Shown piece by piece: positions 60,493-64,000 of a DNA stretch of 64,000 nt. Made by a program: the position numbers and the translations under genes. The notes beneath the pieces were generated by a model. The model searched no databases and was not told where the DNA came from. It saw only the letters and a program-made list of their open reading frames with translations. How positions within the stretch are numbered: position 1 is the stretch's first letter; every line of letters begins with the position of its first letter. The stretch is from Planctomycetota bacterium (GTDB lineage Bacteria > Planctomycetota > UBA8108 > SXIK01), in assembly GCA_965223265.1 (NCBI GenBank), contig OZ244999.1, positions 1,568,001 to 1,632,000 on the forward strand. The letters run 5' to 3'.

Positions 60493-60516
60493 GTACTTTG
60501 ACCACACGCGAGGACG

Positions 60517-60720
60517 TCAACTCCCCTCTTCGGCCTGCGTGGCTGGTACGCTGCCGGTTGTCGCGGAGCCCTGCTTGAGATCCTTGAGCGTACCAAGCCA
60601 CCGCGCGCTGCTTATCTGAATCCCGAGCTCGTAGAGCTGACCCAAATCCCGTAGGCGCCGGTCAATCGCCTCCGGCGACATATCAACCGTCTTTCTGACT
60701 CGTGTCTTCGTTTCCTTCAA
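60517..60720 (-). CDS. Small hypothetical protein coupled to the nucleotidyltransferase
   Basis: TTG at 60720 overlaps upstream TGA; VDMSPEAIDRRLR helix motif. Confidence 0.6.
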   Translation of the reverse strand: MKETKTRVRKTVDMSPEAIDRRLRDLGQLYELGIQISSARWLGTLKDLKQGSATTGSVPATQAEEGS

Positions 60721-61178
60721 TCTTCTTGACCTTCGAGTTGCTCTATGTCCGCCAAATCCTGCTTGCGGCCAGCCAGGCGCTTCATCCGTACCAGTCCATC
60801 GCGGGACACGGTTCGAATCTGGCGACCCTTCCATTCGAAAACGCCTCGGCCGTTCCAGACTTTCTCGAGACTCGGGCTCACAAGCATGAAGTCAAGCGTC
60901 AGGGTCTCGCTGCCCGAGACTTTCGACACGCGGTGAATGATCTGCTCTTCGGGCCTGCCGAGCCGAAACGGCACTCGCCCTCCTTCAACTGTGAACCCGC
61001 ACTTGGCTGCCACGTTGCGAGCCTTCTCCAGATCTTCCTCCCTAACCAAGAGATCGATATCCTTGGTGAACCGCGGATGCCCGTGAAAGGCAAGCGCCAC
61101 TCCGCCACATAAGGCGTAGTCCAAGCCGGAATCTTCCAGGGCGTTCACGAGTTCCACGAGCTCTTCGTATAGGTTCAT
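60717..61178 (-). CDS. Minimal nucleotidyltransferase (AbiEii/DUF6036-like)
   Basis: YALCGGVALAFHGHPRFTKDIDLL and MKRLAGRKQDLADI motifs. Confidence 0.85.
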   Translation of the reverse strand: MNLYEELVELVNALEDSGLDYALCGGVALAFHGHPRFTKDIDLLVREEDLEKARNVAAKCGFTVEGGRVPFRLGRPEEQIIHRVSKVSGSETLTLDFMLVSPSLEKVWNGRGVFEWKGRQIRTVSRDGLVRMKRLAGRKQDLADIEQLEGQED

Positions 61179-61630
61179 ACAGGACGATGGTCAGTCTTCG
61201 CCAACTCATGTCAGGATGCCGCCGAAAACGAACGAGAATCTCATCCGCTTCTCGGGGACCCGTTCGGTCAGTCGTAGTATTCAGAAGCGATCCCGCCTCG
61301 GTATTCTCCCTTGTCCACCTCAATCAAGTCAACAACCGGCGGTTCTACTGACAGCTCTTCCCGTTGACCCGTATCCACCCGACCCGAGACGCAGAAGGAG
61401 TCCGCGGAGAAGAAGCGAAGACGATACGAGACCTGCGAAACCCGTCCCAGCTTCGTTTTGCGGTGGCGGATTTGTTGTTGACGAAGAGGGCCGATTCCCA
61501 TCGGTTCTGCGGGGAGAGCTACTCCGTGCCGTCACGACTGCGCGGCGAGCGACTCCGCACGCGCACCGACCAGGTCAAGATCCCCTGCTACCAGGCGTGA
61601 TCGAACTTCACATGCGCCCACCCACCGCAA

Positions 61631-62443
61631 TCACCCCTCCAGCGGCTGCCACACGAGGATCTCACCCTTCTGCGACACCGCCGCGTCGCCACAATAGTGA
61701 CGATACGATCCGTTCGCCGCGTCGTATGGAATCGCGAAACCCTCGTCTTTGAGCTGTCGCGCATAGAGCCGCAAAAACGTCGGCTCGTAGCTGCAGTCGT
61801 AGGCGAACGTCGGCAGAAGCGGGATCGGCGTCAGCGACACAATCGTGCCGCGCACCATCCAGGCGCCCGTGCGTAGCTCCGCGCCGCCGACGATCAGCGT
61901 GCCGCCCTTCATTTCGAGTCCGGCGAAATCTTTGACGCTGCCCTTGATCGCGATCGTGCCGCGCTTCATGCGCATGCCGACCTCGAGTCCCGCCGAGCCG
62001 CCGATGAGAATCGTTCCGTCCCTCATTCCCGTCAAACTGCCGCGGTACGCCGCGCCCACCTGTCCGCCAGCGTTTCCTGCGACGCGGATCGTCCCGCCCG
62101 ACATCTCACTGCCGACGAAGTCCGACGCGTTCCCCGACACCTCGATCGTCCCGCCCCTCATGTACGCTCCGAGATGCATGCCGGCGTCACCGCTCACCGT
62201 CAACCGCCCGCGCGTCATGCCGCGCCCCAGCCACTTCACCCGACTGACGTCGCCGCGCACCTCGATCTCCTCACTCGCTTCGCCGTCGACATCGAAGAAG
62301 TCTCCGATCGCGCACTGGCGTTTGCCGAGGAACATCGGCAGCTCGTGGATCTCGGCGTTGCTACGGTTCGCCAGCACGTCCGGTGAAATCGCCTCCGCCT
62401 CCAGCGGCACGGTGGGCTGTTCTTTGACGGTCAGAGTGATCAT
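61631..62443 (-). CDS. fhcC: Formyltransferase/hydrolase complex (formylmethanofuran dehydrogenase) subunit C
   Basis: VPLEAEAISPD, DFFDVDG, repeated GxxMxGGxIxVxG beta-helix, GAAYRGSLTGM. Confidence 0.92.
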   Translation of the reverse strand: MITLTVKEQPTVPLEAEAISPDVLANRSNAEIHELPMFLGKRQCAIGDFFDVDGEASEEIEVRGDVSRVKWLGRGMTRGRLTVSGDAGMHLGAYMRGGTIEVSGNASDFVGSEMSGGTIRVAGNAGGQVGAAYRGSLTGMRDGTILIGGSAGLEVGMRMKRGTIAIKGSVKDFAGLEMKGGTLIVGGAELRTGAWMVRGTIVSLTPIPLLPTFAYDCSYEPTFLRLYARQLKDEGFAIPYDAANGSYRHYCGDAAVSQKGEILVWQPLEG

Positions 62444-62491
62444 GTTCAGTCTGTCGATCGGGCCCAGCTTGGAGGTTAACGCTGCACCGCG

Positions 62492-64000
62492 CTACGACGC
62501 TCCGCCACCGCAGTCGCGGATCTCCGCGCCCTCGATCCGTTCCATCTCCACCGGATAGTTCTCAAACGACATCGTGTAGTACTGCTCGAAGAGCGGCCGC
62601 AAGTATTCGCGAATGTTTTCGTCGTGCGACGGTCGCACGACATGCTCGCGCCCGTCGACCACCTTGCGAATGTCACCCTCCTCGACGACCACCTCACCGC
62701 CCTTCAGAACGTAGCGCGGATGCTCAAACATGCGCTGGCGGTCGGCGTCTTCGTTGTAGATCGTCACGTCGCCGTCAGCCCCGACTCCGAGGTGGCCCTT
62801 CGTCGGCATGCCAAGCGCGCGTGCCGGCCCTGCCGACGTGATGATGGCAATCTCCGACAGTGTGTACTCGCGATCGATGTCAGCGAGAACGATGCGGCTC
62901 AGCGCCTTGGGCGGCAGCTCCGCGATACACTCGCGGCGAAAGTCCGCGTTCATCAGCATGTGGATGATCTCAGGATAGCGCCAAAAGCAGGCACCGTTCG
63001 GATGGTCTGTCGTCAAATAGATGCGCCATGGGTCATCGATGAGGAGCAGAAGTTCCAGCCCGACCGCCCACTGCACCGCGTTGACGAGGTTGCTGCCCTT
63101 GTACTTGTACGGCACGATCCCACAGCCAGTTTCGTTCTCGACGTCGAGGTTGCCCCACTTGCGACCGGTCAGCTGGTAGAGAAGGTGCTGCCACGGCCCA
63201 TCCGCCGTGATGGTGACCGCGTCGCCAAAGAGAACCGCGCCCGCATCGGCGGTCAGGTTTTTGTGCGCATTAAAGTACTCCGCCAGCGCCGCCGCCTCCG
63301 AACGCAGCGTGTGCCAATCGTCGCCGCCATAGGCATGGAACTGCAGGTGCGCCATGTGGGCGCGATTCCCTTCGAGCACCTTCATGGTCTCGATCGTTGT
63401 CTTGATATTTCCCGGCGCGCCCAGGTTGTTGCAGTGGAGATGCACTGGATGCGGCAACTGGAGATCGTCGACGATCGACGCCAAGCTCTTGATGATCAGC
63501 GCCGGTGTCACCTTCTTGTAACCTTCCACCGGTTCCGTGAGAACCTTCGCGTCCTTACCCCACTTCCAAGCCGTGACCCCGCCGGGGTTGACCGCTTTGA
63601 CGCCGTAGCCCTTAGCCGACCAGATGTGCCACGCTATGACATCTTTGGCGCGCTCGATCTCGCCTGCTTCCAGCAGGTCGAGCACGATCTCGTTATTCGC
63701 CATGAGGACGCAGCAGGTTTTGTCGACGATCGGCGTGTCGCGTAGTTCTTCGTGCGTGTGCCGCGCGGAAAGTACTGGCACCGCCGCTTCGTTCACCGTC
63801 GTGTAGCCCTGTCCCGCGTAAAGGTAGCCGGTGGCGAACGTCGTCGGCGTCGTCCCGCCGACACCTGCGCGCAGCACGGGGGAGTGGATGAACTTGGCGG
63901 CATTGCGATGGTTCTCCGGCGTCATGGCGCGCGCGAAGTTCAGCGCACCGCCGGCCACATGCGTGTGCACGTCGACGCCGCCGGGGAACACAACCATGCC
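62492..64000 (-). CDS. fhcA: Formyltransferase/hydrolase complex (formylmethanofuran dehydrogenase) subunit A, 5' end outside window
   Basis: PGGVDVHTH, VKAVNPGG, HLHCNNLGAPGN, HLQFHAY, QWAVGLE, LTTDHPNG motifs. Confidence 0.93.
   Translation of the reverse strand, partial: GMVVFPGGVDVHTHVAGGALNFARAMTPENHRNAAKFIHSPVLRAGVGGTTPTTFATGYLYAGQGYTTVNEAAVPVLSARHTHEELRDTPIVDKTCCVLMANNEIVLDLLEAGEIERAKDVIAWHIWSAKGYGVKAVNPGGVTAWKWGKDAKVLTEPVEGYKKVTPALIIKSLASIVDDLQLPHPVHLHCNNLGAPGNIKTTIETMKVLEGNRAHMAHLQFHAYGGDDWHTLRSEAAALAEYFNAHKNLTADAGAVLFGDAVTITADGPWQHLLYQLTGRKWGNLDVENETGCGIVPYKYKGSNLVNAVQWAVGLELLLLIDDPWRIYLTTDHPNGACFWRYPEIIHMLMNADFRRECIAELPPKALSRIVLADIDREYTLSEIAIITSAGPARALGMPTKGHLGVGADGDVTIYNEDADRQRMFEHPRYVLKGGEVVVEEGDIRKVVDGREHVVRPSHDENIREYLRPLFEQYYTMSFENYPVEMERIEGAEIRDCGGGAS

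Overview
GC-rich bacterial window, almost certainly from a Planctomycetota genome (two DUF1501 genes, a PSD1/DUF1549-DUF1553 cytochrome-c protein, planctomycete-type dockerins, a sulfatase, and fhcA/fhcC of the H4MPT C1 pathway). Left part: glycosyltransferase/ABC-exporter operon with a near-consensus sigma70 promoter overlapped by a perfect 20-bp palindrome, then a 2105-aa dockerin-bearing teneurin-like RHS protein with no adjacent immunity gene. Middle: a duplicated array of unknown membrane-protein pairs, a MerR regulator with its operator, a sulfatase and a PLP decarboxylase. The most striking locus (39.3-54.3 kb) puts a TMEM260/DUF2723-type protein O-mannosyltransferase, an ECF sigma factor, a polyprenol-phosphate-mannose synthase and two exported proteins with IPT/TIG-like Ig domains (one a 1954-aa RHS protein with a Cys-rich tip) around one divergent promoter region: a candidate bacterial counterpart of the animal TMEM260 pathway next to its possible substrates. 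Two IS insertions could be reconstructed with their target-site duplications (into the mannose synthase gene and into a TlpA gene). Also present: REP/REPIN elements, a RAYT transposase, two MITE-like hairpins and a dCTP deaminase gene with one in-frame TAG. No rRNA, tRNA or CRISPR array was seen. All family assignments come from motif recognition by eye, not from database searches.
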